Assembly (NCBI GenBank): GCA_038198935.1
Contig: JBBPZQ010000127.1
Location: forward strand, 824-64,823
Source: Anaerolineae bacterium
GTDB taxonomy: Bacteria > Chloroflexota > Anaerolineae > JACRMK01
Reading direction: 5' to 3'
Length of the DNA: 64,000 bases
Positions within the stretch are counted from its first letter, which is position 1. Every line of letters starts with the position of its first letter. Under the pieces are notes generated by a model, which saw only the letters and a list, made by a program, of their open reading frames with translations, searched no databases and had not been told where the DNA came from. This document shows, one piece after another, positions 19,474-29,666 of this stretch. A program made the translations under genes and the position numbers.

Positions 19474-22400
19474 ATGAACAACCTCAATGAGCGCCGTCTG
19501 TTGTGCATCATCAGCATCCTGAGTTTTGCGTTCGTCCTCTGGCTGGCCAGCGTGAGCACGACCGGAGCCGTGCCGCGCGGCATTCAGGAATATACGCTCA
19601 CCACCACGAGCGATTTTGCGGCGGGCACGGCGCTCCGCACGGGACTCGTCAACAATAATGGCGGTGAGGTCGAGTTGGTGCCCGTCGGCGTGACCGGCAT
19701 CTGGGTGACGGACACGCAACAGCTGCCGCTGCCCCGCATGGAACTGGCCACCGCAACTGATGGCAATCGCATTTACGCGCTCGGCGGTGTGGACGACTCG
19801 TCACTGCCGCAGCGCACCATTTACTCGACGACAGTAGTCGGCGGCGCCTTGACCAAATGGGTCACGCAAACGAATGCTTTTCCGATTCGCCTATCGGGTC
19901 CCAATGCGCTCATCGCGACGGCCGGCGGCGCCACACGCCTGTACGTGCTCGGCGGATTCGACGGCTTCAACGTATCCAATAAGGTTTACTACGCTGCACT
20001 CAATAGCGATGGCTCAGTAGGTATCTGGATCACGAACTCGATCAACTTGCCGGTTGGCGTGTATTTCGCGTCGAGTGTCGTAAATCGCAATTACATTTAT
20101 GTCATCGGCGGCATTGACAACCTGAACGCCTATCGCAACATCGTCTATCGCGCGCCTTTCAACAATGACGGTTCGGTCGGCGCATGGACGGCGGTTGCAT
20201 CGCTGCCGCAGCCCATCGCGCTGTCGGCCGCCGTGGTGTATAACGGCTCCAATGCTGACACGATTTACGTGCTCGGCGGCGCGACCAGTTCGCTGACGAA
20301 CACGGCGAATGTTTACTTCAGCGACATCAATCCGGCTGACGGCACGCTGACCAGTTGGACATCGTCGGATGGTGTGCTGCCGCAGGCGTTCTCCAGCCAC
20401 GCAGCCGTCCAAGCCAACGGGCAAATCTATGTCATCGGCGGCAACTCCGGCGGTTTGGTGAGCAGCTTGCAGCCGCGCAAGCTCGTGCTGGCTGCGCTCG
20501 TGGACGAAAACAATCCGACGCGCCGCTTGTTTGACTTCGGCGGCGGCCAATCATCGTGGGTCGAGACAGAGCCGCTGCCGGTACCGCGTCGCTTGCACGG
20601 CGCGGCGCTGGTGAGCAGTCAGCTGTTTGCGATTGGCGGCGACAGCGCGACGGGCAACTCGAACAGTTCGCCGAGCACTCTCACGTATCACGGACCCATC
20701 GGCGGCGTTGGCGCACGATATGCACCGTCGGGCATTTACGTCTCGCCCATCATCAACGTCGGCGGCAGTTTCCAAATGCTCGATCTGGAGTGGTCAACAG
20801 TCATCACCAACCAGAGCGCGCTCAGTGTGACTCTACGCTATCACACCAGCACGAACGGCATGGATTGGTTCCCGTATAGCGGCTTACTGCCGTCGTCGAG
20901 TGCGACCTCAGCCAATTTGCTCGACGCGAAACCGATCACTTATCCATTGAACACCATCGGTCAATACTTCCAGTATCAGGTGTTCTTCACGACGACGCTC
21001 AGTTCGGTCACGCCGTTTTTCACCGAAAGCCATCTGCGCGTGCTGCCGCCGCCGCCCGACTTGGCTGTGAGCAAAGCCGCGCAAGCCAAGCAGGTGCTGC
21101 CCGGCAACCTGATTACTTACACGATTGCGTACAGCAACGTGAACGGCAGCACCGCCGTCGGCGTGATCTTGACGGAGTCAGTGCCGTCCAACACGACGTT
21201 CGTCGGCGCAGATCCGGGTTGGCTGCCAGCAGGCAATGGCTTGTACACGAAGCTCGTCGGCACACTGGGTCCCAATAACAACGCGATCACCCATTTCGTC
21301 GTGCGCGTCAACAACCCGCCGCTGGCATCGTCGGTGGCGAATATGGTGAGTATTGGGGGCGATCCGAGCGAGACGAATTTCAGCAACAACAGCGCAGGCG
21401 TGAACACCATCGTGCAGTCGCTCGTCAACGGCGTTGACCTGCGCGTGAGCTTAGACGATCAGTTGACGTATCCCATCGCGGGGCAGGTCATCAGCTACGC
21501 TGTCACGTACATCAACTTTGGCGACACCGCCGCGAATGGCGCGCGCCTGACCGAGACGCTGCCTGCGAATATGACTTACGTCGGCGGGCCCGAATGGTCC
21601 AATGTCGGCGGCAATCAATACGCACACGACATCGGCACGGTCGCCAGCGCAGACTCCGGCGGACTGAATTTTGTCACGCTGCTGGACGCCAATGTCGGCG
21701 GCAACACGCAACTGACGAATACGGTGACGATTGGCTTGGCTGGCACGGACGTGAACACCGCCAACAATACTGCAACGGATGTTGATCTGGTACTGCCACC
21801 CAATTTAAGCGTAACGCAAGATGACGGCACCGCCGTCTTGACGCCGATGCAAATCGTAACGTACACCATCCTTTATCAAAACGTCGGCGGTGCGGCGGCG
21901 ACGAGCGTGATGCTGACTGAGACATTGCCACTCGCCGTCAGCGTATTCAATGCGTCGGGCTGGACGCCAGCCGGCGGTCAGTACGTGCGCAATCTAGGCA
22001 CGCTGGCACCGGGCGCCAGCGGCAGCGCGACCTTCGCGGTGCAGGTGAACAATAATGTGAGCAATGGCACACTCATCACCAACAACGTGACCATCCTCGG
22101 CGGCGGCGAAAATCTGTCAACGCTTGGCGACAACAGCGCGCGCGACGTGGACACCGTGTTCGTCGGCGGCGCACCTGACCTTCAAATCAGCGGCGCGAGC
22201 GGCGCGTTGGCTGTGGCTGGCCAGCCCGCCAGTGTCGTCGTGACCGTCACCAACGCCGGCAGCGCGGCGACGCCGACGTGGTTCTTTGTTGATCTGTACG
22301 TGGATCCGAGCGCGCCGCCGACGAACCGCTCGCAGTTGGGCAACAATTTCACTACGAATGGCGACCTGCTGGCACCGGGCGAGTGGCGTCGCTTGAGCAT

Positions 22401-22596
22401 TCCGTGGACATTTGCATCGGCCGGTTCGCACACGCTCTATCTACAAGCGGACACGTGCGATGGGAGCACGGATTGCCTTGATCCATCCTACGGGCGCGTC
22501 GCCGAATCAAACGAGGCAAACAACATTTTTGGGCCCCTCCTCGTCAACGTCACGGCGACGGGCGCGACGATCTATCTGCCGCTGATCCGACGATAG
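19474..22596 (+). CDS. large secreted/cell-surface protein: N-terminal signal/anchor, six Kelch-type beta-propeller blades, then multiple DUF11 (conserved repeat domain) units
   Basis: Repeated IYxLGG/YVIGG Kelch signatures at residues about 90-400; at least 4 DUF11-like repeats (e.g. TYTIAYSNVNGSTAVGVILTESVPSNTTFVG); Asn/Thr-rich. Confidence 0.7.
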   Translation: MNNLNERRLLCIISILSFAFVLWLASVSTTGAVPRGIQEYTLTTTSDFAAGTALRTGLVNNNGGEVELVPVGVTGIWVTDTQQLPLPRMELATATDGNRIYALGGVDDSSLPQRTIYSTTVVGGALTKWVTQTNAFPIRLSGPNALIATAGGATRLYVLGGFDGFNVSNKVYYAALNSDGSVGIWITNSINLPVGVYFASSVVNRNYIYVIGGIDNLNAYRNIVYRAPFNNDGSVGAWTAVASLPQPIALSAAVVYNGSNADTIYVLGGATSSLTNTANVYFSDINPADGTLTSWTSSDGVLPQAFSSHAAVQANGQIYVIGGNSGGLVSSLQPRKLVLAALVDENNPTRRLFDFGGGQSSWVETEPLPVPRRLHGAALVSSQLFAIGGDSATGNSNSSPSTLTYHGPIGGVGARYAPSGIYVSPIINVGGSFQMLDLEWSTVITNQSALSVTLRYHTSTNGMDWFPYSGLLPSSSATSANLLDAKPITYPLNTIGQYFQYQVFFTTTLSSVTPFFTESHLRVLPPPPDLAVSKAAQAKQVLPGNLITYTIAYSNVNGSTAVGVILTESVPSNTTFVGADPGWLPAGNGLYTKLVGTLGPNNNAITHFVVRVNNPPLASSVANMVSIGGDPSETNFSNNSAGVNTIVQSLVNGVDLRVSLDDQLTYPIAGQVISYAVTYINFGDTAANGARLTETLPANMTYVGGPEWSNVGGNQYAHDIGTVASADSGGLNFVTLLDANVGGNTQLTNTVTIGLAGTDVNTANNTATDVDLVLPPNLSVTQDDGTAVLTPMQIVTYTILYQNVGGAAATSVMLTETLPLAVSVFNASGWTPAGGQYVRNLGTLAPGASGSATFAVQVNNNVSNGTLITNNVTILGGGENLSTLGDNSARDVDTVFVGGAPDLQISGASGALAVAGQPASVVVTVTNAGSAATPTWFFVDLYVDPSAPPTNRSQLGNNFTTNGDLLAPGEWRRLSIPWTFASAGSHTLYLQADTCDGSTDCLDPSYGRVAESNEANNIFGPLLVNVTATGATIYLPLIRR

Positions 22597-22742
22597 CATA
22601 GGAATAAAGTAGTGAGAACAATGGGTTGTTGCAATGGCATGCTGTGCGTCGTAGAATACTCGCGCCTTGCTGAGGTTTAAGCGCTCTATCCGTTGACGTG
22701 CGGACGGCTGCAGCGAGAGTTCATCAGATACGGAGGCGCATC

Positions 22743-23549
22743 ATGCGTCGTGTCGGTCGCATTCTGATCGTTTTGGGTGTCGCGCTGGGGTTGATCACCT
22801 TCCTTGCAGCAATGATCATTCTGCCACAACTGTCGAGCAGCGGCGGGCCCGTCGTCAAGACGACCAAAGTCGTCGTGGCGCAGCAGAACATCGCCTCGCG
22901 CGCGCCCGTTCCACGCGCCGCGCTGACGGTTGTCGAATGGCCCGACGACGAAGTGCCGGCCGGTGCCTTCACCGATCCGGACCTGGCCTCCAAGGACAAA
23001 TTGTCCAAGACAAACATTGCCATCGGACAAGTCGTCTTGTCGAGCATGGTGATCGAAAAGAAGAACGAGGAGAAGCGCAAAGGCATCGGCTCCGATGCGT
23101 CGTACATCGTGCCGGCCGGCAAAGTCGCCGTCGCGTTCCCGCTCAGCATGTTGTCGGGCGTGGCGTCGGCGCTGAAAGATGGCGACACGGTGGACTTGCT
23201 CGTGAGCTACGAATTGGTGCCGGCGCCGGGACAGGCACAGACTGGCGTAACGCGCCGACAGATCACGCAGTTGACGATGCAAGACGTGGAGATTTTGCGC
23301 GTGGGTCCATGGAACCAGCCGGCGGCCGCCGACGGCGCGCCGTCGAAAGATGCGAACGTCTTGACGTTATTGGTCAATCCGCAGGACGCGCTCGTGCTGA
23401 AGTTCCTGCGCGAGACCAGCGCCGACGTGCAGTTCGCCCTGCGCGCGGCCGGCGATCATCAAGTGTACAAGACCGACGCCGTCATTATCGAGTACGTTGA
23501 CCAGCGTTTCAATTTCACGGGCTCACTCGTGGGTCGCCCATCACGCTAA
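22743..23549 (+). CDS. cpaB: Flp pilus assembly protein CpaB/RcpC (SAF-domain)
   Basis: Single N-terminal TM then SAF/RcpC region; track ORF 22698..23549, start refined to MRRVGRIL. Confidence 0.65.
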   Translation: MRRVGRILIVLGVALGLITFLAAMIILPQLSSSGGPVVKTTKVVVAQQNIASRAPVPRAALTVVEWPDDEVPAGAFTDPDLASKDKLSKTNIAIGQVVLSSMVIEKKNEEKRKGIGSDASYIVPAGKVAVAFPLSMLSGVASALKDGDTVDLLVSYELVPAPGQAQTGVTRRQITQLTMQDVEILRVGPWNQPAAADGAPSKDANVLTLLVNPQDALVLKFLRETSADVQFALRAAGDHQVYKTDAVIIEYVDQRFNFTGSLVGRPSR

Positions 23550-23564
23550 TTTTCAGGATGACGT

Positions 23565-24983
23565 ATGAGCATGTTGGCAGATAAAATTCGCATCGTCGTC
23601 GTGGACGACAACACGGACACGCTCAACAACTTGAAGAAGTTGTTGTACTTTGAAAAAGATATTGAGATCGTCGCGACGGCCGCTTCGGGCGAGGATGGCG
23701 TGCAGGCGTCGGTGCTGCATCAACCCGACGTGGTGTTGATGGACATCAACATGCCCGGCATGGACGGCATCTCTGCCAGCGAGATCATCAACACGCGCGT
23801 GCCAAGCGCACAGATCATCATCATGTCGGTGCAAGCCGAAGCCGACTACTTGCGGCGCGCGATGATGGCTGGCGCGCGCGATTTTTTGATCAAACCGTTC
23901 AGCAGCGAGCAATTGGCTTCGACGGTGCGCAAGGTGTATGCGCTCGGCGCGGGGCAGCGCAGCGGCGCGCTTGTCACTGCCCTCGCCGCGCCAGCGCAGC
24001 GTGAGCCTGTCGAACGAGCCGCGCCGATGGTTGGCATGCCGCAGTCCGTGGCAGCGCAGCCGAGCGTGCTGACGCAGTATGCACAGACGAGCACGCTCAC
24101 GCCGCCAAAGCCGCAGTACGCGTCGAGCGCGCCGACGTTCGTGGTCGCGCCGGCGGCGCCCACCAATCCGATTCCAGTGGACGGCGTCAAGCAAGGCACA
24201 GTGTTCGCGGTCGTCAGCGCCAACGGTGGCGTCGGACGCAGCACTATCGCCGCGAATCTAGCGATTGCGTTGAAGGGCGAGACGAACGGCAAAGTCGGAT
24301 TGGTGGATTGCAGTCTGCGCTTCGGCGACATTGGTGTGCTGCTCAATCTGACTTCGACACACACGATCTCGGATATCGCGGCAGCCGAAGGCGGTGTGGA
24401 CACGGAGATTCTGGTGGATGTAATGTCCACGCATCCGTCGGGCATCAAGGTGCTGCTTGCGCCCGCATCGCCGGAGTTGGCCGATCTGGTGGGTCCGCAG
24501 GCGATGCGCACGATCTTGAACACGCTGCGCGAGCATTTCGATTTTCTCATTCTGGACACCTTCACCTCGTTCGACGAAGTGATGCTGACCATCCTCGACG
24601 TGGCGGACCAAATCGTGCTGCTCACGACGAGCGAGCTTCCATCCATCAAGAACACGAAACTGTTTTTTGAAGTGATTGATGCGCTGAAGTATCCGACCGA
24701 AAAAACGCTGCTGGTGCTGAACAAGTACGACCCGAAGAGCACGATCAAGCCCGACGACATTCAGGCAAGCATCAAACATGCGGTGTACTCCATGATCGAG
24801 CGTGACGACCGCGCGACGACGCAGGCCGCGCAGACGGGCCAGCCTTTCGTCGTCAATCAGCGAAACTCGTCGGCGACCGTCGGCGTGCAGCGTCTGGCAA
24901 AACTGCTGACGCGCCCGCCCGAACCCGTGGCCGTACCCGCGTCCGCGGACGCGAAACCGCAACGCAGAGGATTGTTTCGCTGA
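23565..24983 (+). CDS. cpaE: CpaE/TadZ pilus localisation ATPase with intact N-terminal receiver domain
   Basis: REC domain with DD, phospho-acceptor D (LMDINMPGMDG), S and K conserved; ParA/MinD-like domain with VVSANGGVGRSTIAANLA deviant Walker A. Confidence 0.8.
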   Translation: MSMLADKIRIVVVDDNTDTLNNLKKLLYFEKDIEIVATAASGEDGVQASVLHQPDVVLMDINMPGMDGISASEIINTRVPSAQIIIMSVQAEADYLRRAMMAGARDFLIKPFSSEQLASTVRKVYALGAGQRSGALVTALAAPAQREPVERAAPMVGMPQSVAAQPSVLTQYAQTSTLTPPKPQYASSAPTFVVAPAAPTNPIPVDGVKQGTVFAVVSANGGVGRSTIAANLAIALKGETNGKVGLVDCSLRFGDIGVLLNLTSTHTISDIAAAEGGVDTEILVDVMSTHPSGIKVLLAPASPELADLVGPQAMRTILNTLREHFDFLILDTFTSFDEVMLTILDVADQIVLLTTSELPSIKNTKLFFEVIDALKYPTEKTLLVLNKYDPKSTIKPDDIQASIKHAVYSMIERDDRATTQAAQTGQPFVVNQRNSSATVGVQRLAKLLTRPPEPVAVPASADAKPQRRGLFR

Positions 24984-25075
24984 GCGGATATCATTCACCA
25001 CCGAGACGCAGCGATGTTGCTGCGACCGTACTTCTAGAGTAGCAACCCGGACGTTTAGATGATCGAGGTAATCCT

Positions 25076-26524
25076 ATGTCCTTGCTAAAACGCATCGAGC
25101 GCAGTTACCAACAGCAGTCGGAGCTGACCGCGCCGCCCACCAACGGCGGCAGCAGCGGCGCGCTGCCGCCCACATCGCCAGCGCCGCCCGACAGCAACGG
25201 CTCGAAGTTGGAAGAGCTACGCCTGCGCCGTGTGCAATCCGCGCCGGTGCGCGACGCTCAACGCGAACTGCGCGAGCGCATCCACGCGCGCCTGATCGCC
25301 GAACTCGACCACAAACTCGACGTCTCCAAGACCGACGAGGTGCGCAAGAATTTAGACGTTTTATTCAACACCGCACTCGACGACGAAAACGTACCGATGA
25401 ATCGGGCGGACAAAGCGAAACTGTTCGAGCAAATTGTTGCGGACATCCTCGGCTTTGGTCCCATCGAGCCGCTGCTCGCGGACGACTCCATCTCGGAGAT
25501 CATGGTCAACGGACCTAAAGCGGTGTACATCGAGCGCAACGGCAAGGTCGAGAAGACCGCCGTCACCTTCGAGAACGATGGGCACGTTGGACGCATCATT
25601 GACCGCATCGTCTCGCCGCTCGGCCGGCGCGTGGACGAATCGCAGCCGTATGTGGATGCGCGCTTGCCCAACGGCTCGCGCGTGAACGTCATCATCCCGC
25701 CGCTGTCCTTGAAGGGGCCAACCATTACCATCCGCAAGTTCTTCAAGCGCATGTTAACGGCGGAGCGGCTGATAGACTTAGGTTCGATCACGCCCGAAGC
25801 GATTGAGCTGCTGAAAGCCTGCACCTACGCGCGCCTCAACATGGTGATCTCGGGCGGCACCGGCACGGGCAAGACGACGTTTCTCAATATGCTCAGCGGG
25901 TTCATTCCCTCCGACGAGCGCATCATCACGATTGAGAACGCGGCGGAGTTGCAGCTGCAGCAGGAGCACGTCATCACGCTGGAGTCGCGTCCGCCCAACA
26001 TCGAAGGCAAAGGCGAGGTGACCATTCGCGATCTAGTTATCAACGCCTTGCGCATGAGACCCGAGCGCATCATCGTGGGCGAGTGTCGCGGCGGCGAGGC
26101 GCTGGACATGCTGCAAGCGATGAACACGGGGCACGATGGCTCGCTGACGACCATTCACGCCAACACGCCGCGTGATGCGCTGGCGCGCATTGAGACGATG
26201 GTGCTGATGGCGGGGCTGGACTTGCCCGTGCGCGCGATTCGCGAGCAGGTGGCGAGTGCGCTCGACGTGGTGGTGCAGTTGGAGCGGCTGCGCGATGGCA
26301 CGCGGCGGGTGGTGCAGATCGCGGAAGTGCAGGGCATGGAAGGCGACGTGATCGTGATGCAGGACATCTTCAAGTTCGAGCAGTTGGGCATCGAGAACGG
26401 CAAAATCAGCGGGCGCTTACAGCCGACGGGCATTCGTCCGAAATTCAGCGAGAAGTTGGACGCGGCCGGCATTCAACTGCCGCCCGAAGTCTTCGGCTTC
26501 GGCGCCGATAAACGACGGCGCTGA
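25076..26524 (+). CDS. cpaF: CpaF/TadA type II/IV secretion ATPase
   Basis: Walker [10 protein letters not shown], Asp box, Walker B, His box. Confidence 0.9.
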   Translation: MSLLKRIERSYQQQSELTAPPTNGGSSGALPPTSPAPPDSNGSKLEELRLRRVQSAPVRDAQRELRERIHARLIAELDHKLDVSKTDEVRKNLDVLFNTALDDENVPMNRADKAKLFEQIVADILGFGPIEPLLADDSISEIMVNGPKAVYIERNGKVEKTAVTFENDGHVGRIIDRIVSPLGRRVDESQPYVDARLPNGSRVNVIIPPLSLKGPTITIRKFFKRMLTAERLIDLGSITPEAIELLKACTYARLNMVISGGTGTGKTTFLNMLSGFIPSDERIITIENAAELQLQQEHVITLESRPPNIEGKGEVTIRDLVINALRMRPERIIVGECRGGEALDMLQAMNTGHDGSLTTIHANTPRDALARIETMVLMAGLDLPVRAIREQVASALDVVVQLERLRDGTRRVVQIAEVQGMEGDVIVMQDIFKFEQLGIENGKISGRLQPTGIRPKFSEKLDAAGIQLPPEVFGFGADKRRR

Positions 26525-26630
26525 AACCAAACCACAGAGGCGCAGAGATTTTATTGAGCATTGCTCCGCGCCTCTGTAGCTCTGCGGTGCAATCAACTGA
26601 ACTGCTGAGCGAATTGAAAGTGAGTGAACG

Positions 26631-27596
26631 ATGAACCCAGCCGCATTGGGGCTCGCATTGAGCTGCATGTTTTCGGTCATCATCTTTTTCTTTGGATTGG
26701 CGCGCTTCGTGGGCGGGGGCAACCAGCAAGTTTCCAATCGGCTCGAACGCTTCGCCACACGACCAGGTGCGACGCTGCCAGCCGCGTCGAGTAAAGACCA
26801 AAAGCGCGGACGCATCGCCGCAGAGATTGACAAAGAGCTGAGTCGGCGCGGGCGCAGCAATAACATCGCCGCCGAACTCGCGCGCGCCGATCTCAAGCTG
26901 ACGCCGGGCGAATTCTTTCTCATTCAAGTGCTGGTCATCATCGTGTTAGGCATCACGGGATACCTCGTCTTTCGTCAGCTGGTGATGGCGCTGCCGATGG
27001 GCATCGTCGGCTATTTCCTGCCGCGCTTTTACGTGCGCTTCCGTCAAGGACTGCGGCAGCGCACGTTCTACACACAACTGCCCGACGCCATCAGCTTGCT
27101 CGCCAACTCACTGCGCTCTGGCTACAGCCTGCCGCAATCTATGGAGTTGCTCTCGCGCGAGATGCAGCCGCCCATCGCCACTGAGTTCGGGCGTGTCGTG
27201 CGCGAGATCGGGTTGGGCTTGCCGTTCGAGCAAGCTATGGAGAATATGGTGCGCCGCAACAAGAACGACGATCTCGATCTGACCGTGACCGCCATCCTCG
27301 TGAATCATGAAGTCGGCGGCAACTTATCGCAGGTGCTGGAGATCATTGGCCACACCATCCGCGAGCGCATCCGCATCAAAGGCGAGATTCGGATCATGAC
27401 CGCGCAGCAGCAGTTGTCCGGCTACATCGTCGGCTTGATGCCATTCGGGTTGACGTTTTTCCTCTTCGTCATCAACCCCGACTACATGGGCGAGTTGTTT
27501 CATAGCCTGTGCGGGCAGATGCTCGCGTGCACGGCCTTCTCGTTCGTCGGCATTGCGTTCGTGCTCATCCGCAAGATCGTGAACATCGAGGTCTAA
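26631..27596 (+). CDS. tadB: TadB platform protein (T2SS-F family)
   Basis: T2SSF domain, three TM segments. Confidence 0.8.
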   Translation: MNPAALGLALSCMFSVIIFFFGLARFVGGGNQQVSNRLERFATRPGATLPAASSKDQKRGRIAAEIDKELSRRGRSNNIAAELARADLKLTPGEFFLIQVLVIIVLGITGYLVFRQLVMALPMGIVGYFLPRFYVRFRQGLRQRTFYTQLPDAISLLANSLRSGYSLPQSMELLSREMQPPIATEFGRVVREIGLGLPFEQAMENMVRRNKNDDLDLTVTAILVNHEVGGNLSQVLEIIGHTIRERIRIKGEIRIMTAQQQLSGYIVGLMPFGLTFFLFVINPDYMGELFHSLCGQMLACTAFSFVGIAFVLIRKIVNIEV

Positions 27597-27597
27597 C

Positions 27598-28524
27598 ATG
27601 GCTGTCTTTATCGCGCTGGGTTTGGGCGTCGCCGTCGTGATGGTTTTCGTCGGCTTGGCGATGCCGCGCGGCGTTGATCCCGTGCAAGCGCGACTCAATC
27701 AATATGGCTCGCGCGTCCGCACGCTGGAAGAAATGGAACTGGAGCGTCCCTTCAACGAGCGCACCGTTAGGCCGCTCTTGCAAAACATGGCCCGTTTGGT
27801 GCTGCGCTTTACGCCGCAGACGAACTTGAAAGAAGCGCAGCGCAAGCTCGACATGGCAGGCAATCCGAACAACTGGACGGCGTCGGATTTTCTCGGCGTG
27901 CGTGGGCTGTCGGCGCTGGCGTGTGGCAGCATTCCATTGCTCCTGCTGTGGTTCAGCCACGCGCCGCTGCAAAACATGATTTTGCTCACTGCGGCGGGTG
28001 CGCTGCTCGGCTTCTTCTTGCCGGTCATCTGGATCGCGCAAAAAATTAAAGCGCGGCAGAAAGCGATTCAAAAAGGACTCCCCGACGCGCTCGACCTGCT
28101 GACGATTAGCGTCGAAGCCGGACTCGCACTCGATGCGGGCTTCGCCAAAGTGGCAGAGAAAGCCGACAGCGAAATCGCGCGTGCGTTCGGGCGCGTCATC
28201 AGCGAAGTGCGCGTCGGTCGTCCGCGCAAAGATGCATTGCGCGACATGGCAGATCGCGCGGGCGTGCCCGACCTCACCAACTTTGTGACCGCGCTGATTC
28301 AAGCCGAGCAACTCGGCGTGAGCATGACGAAGATTCTGCGCATCCAGTCGGAGCAGATGCGCATCAAGCGCCGCCAGCGTGCAGAAGAGCAAGCGCAAAA
28401 AGCGCCGGTCAAAATGAGTGTGGTACTGGTGCTCATGCTTCTGCCTGGCTTGTTCATCGTCATCCTCGGTCCGTCGGTGCCCCGCATCTGTCGGCAGTTC
28501 GATATATCTGACATCTGCAAATGA
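27598..28524 (+). CDS. tadC: TadC platform protein (T2SS-F family)
   Basis: T2SSF domain; start 1 nt after tadB stop. Confidence 0.8.
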   Translation: MAVFIALGLGVAVVMVFVGLAMPRGVDPVQARLNQYGSRVRTLEEMELERPFNERTVRPLLQNMARLVLRFTPQTNLKEAQRKLDMAGNPNNWTASDFLGVRGLSALACGSIPLLLLWFSHAPLQNMILLTAAGALLGFFLPVIWIAQKIKARQKAIQKGLPDALDLLTISVEAGLALDAGFAKVAEKADSEIARAFGRVISEVRVGRPRKDALRDMADRAGVPDLTNFVTALIQAEQLGVSMTKILRIQSEQMRIKRRQRAEEQAQKAPVKMSVVLVLMLLPGLFIVILGPSVPRICRQFDISDICK

Positions 28525-28859
28525 GAATTGCCAACCTCACGCGCGCCACGCTCATCGCCGCCGACGCGCGTGAGGCGCGCACCTTCGTGCAGCGGCTGTT
28601 CGGCTTGATGGGCCGACGGCGGCTGTCCGACAATGCTGCGCTCGTTCTGCCCGACAATTGGGTGCATACCTTCTGGATGTACTTCCCCCTCGATCTCGTG
28701 TATATTGATCGCGCGCGGCATGTGGTAGGATTGCAAGAAGCCGTGCCGCCCAATCGCCTCGGCAAACCGTATTGGTCTGCGCACGCCGTGGTCGAATTGA
28801 ATGCGGGCGTGATTCACAACAGTCAAACACAAGTTGGCGATCAATTACAATTTGAGTAG
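28521..28859 (+). CDS. DUF192 family protein
   Basis: ATG overlaps tadC stop (ATGA); conserved LDLVYIDRARHVVG core typical of COG1430/DUF192. Confidence 0.65.
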   Translation: MRIANLTRATLIAADAREARTFVQRLFGLMGRRRLSDNAALVLPDNWVHTFWMYFPLDLVYIDRARHVVGLQEAVPPNRLGKPYWSAHAVVELNAGVIHNSQTQVGDQLQFE

Positions 28860-28882
28860 GCGCTTCCGCCTCCCCTGAGCAT

Positions 28883-29581
28883 ATGTCAGCGCCACGCTGG
28901 TTTCAGTACGCTCGGCTGGCACTCCTCGATTTGATTTTTCCGCCGCGCTGCGCGGGCTGTGGTCGCGCGGGCGAATGGTTCTGTGCCAAATGCGTCGCGT
29001 CGCTGCATCGCGTGCGTGAGCCGATCTGCGGGCGCTGCGGCCAAGAGTTGTCTTCGCGCTCGTGCTTAGCATGTCGCCGCCATGCGCTCCCGGCCTATCT
29101 GCACGGCTTGCGCGCCGTCGCGCATCACGATGGGCAACTGCGCAAAGCCATTCATAGACTGAAGTACGAGCGACTGAGCGCCATTGCCGAACCCTTGGGC
29201 CAATTGCTGTGCGATTACCTCGACGCAAATCCGCTGCCTTTCACGCTGATTGTGCCGGTGCCGCTGCACGACGAGCGTCAGCGCGAGCGCGGCTACAATC
29301 AATCTGCGCTGCTGGCTGATGTTGTCAGCCGACGCACTCAGCAACCCGCGCAACAAAACATCCTCGTGCGCACGCGCCACACCATTCCGCAAGTCGGCTT
29401 GAACGAACACGAGCGGCGTCAAAACCTGATTGATGCATTCGCATGCGTGCAGCGCGTGGATGACGCACAAGTGTTGTTGATTGATGATGTGTGCACGACG
29501 GGTTCGACGATGAGCGAGTGCGCGGCGGCGCTGCACGCGGCGGGCGCGCGTTCCGTCTGGGGATTGACTTTGGCGCGCTAA
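28883..29581 (+). CDS. comFC: ComF/ComFC-family phosphoribosyltransferase-like protein
   Basis: N-terminal CxxC...CxxC zinc ribbon; C-terminal PRTase motif LIDDVCTTGST. Confidence 0.75.
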   Translation: MSAPRWFQYARLALLDLIFPPRCAGCGRAGEWFCAKCVASLHRVREPICGRCGQELSSRSCLACRRHALPAYLHGLRAVAHHDGQLRKAIHRLKYERLSAIAEPLGQLLCDYLDANPLPFTLIVPVPLHDERQRERGYNQSALLADVVSRRTQQPAQQNILVRTRHTIPQVGLNEHERRQNLIDAFACVQRVDDAQVLLIDDVCTTGSTMSECAAALHAAGARSVWGLTLAR

Positions 29582-29666
29582 GGTTCAATAATTGACATTG
29601 AACGTTGGACGTTGGAGGCATTCCAATTCAACATCTAACGTCCAGCATCCAAATCAGGAGGATCGT

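Noticed and set aside
23846-24760. 304-aa minus-strand ORF overlapping cpaE
   Set aside because: It is antisense to the conserved REC/ParA-like gene, has Ser/Thr/Ala low-complexity composition, and has no RBS.
29586-29650. AACGTT-containing palindromic segment upstream of hpf as an operator
   Set aside because: The repeats are imperfect, and I could not define a convincing promoter geometry, so this is too speculative to report as a feature.
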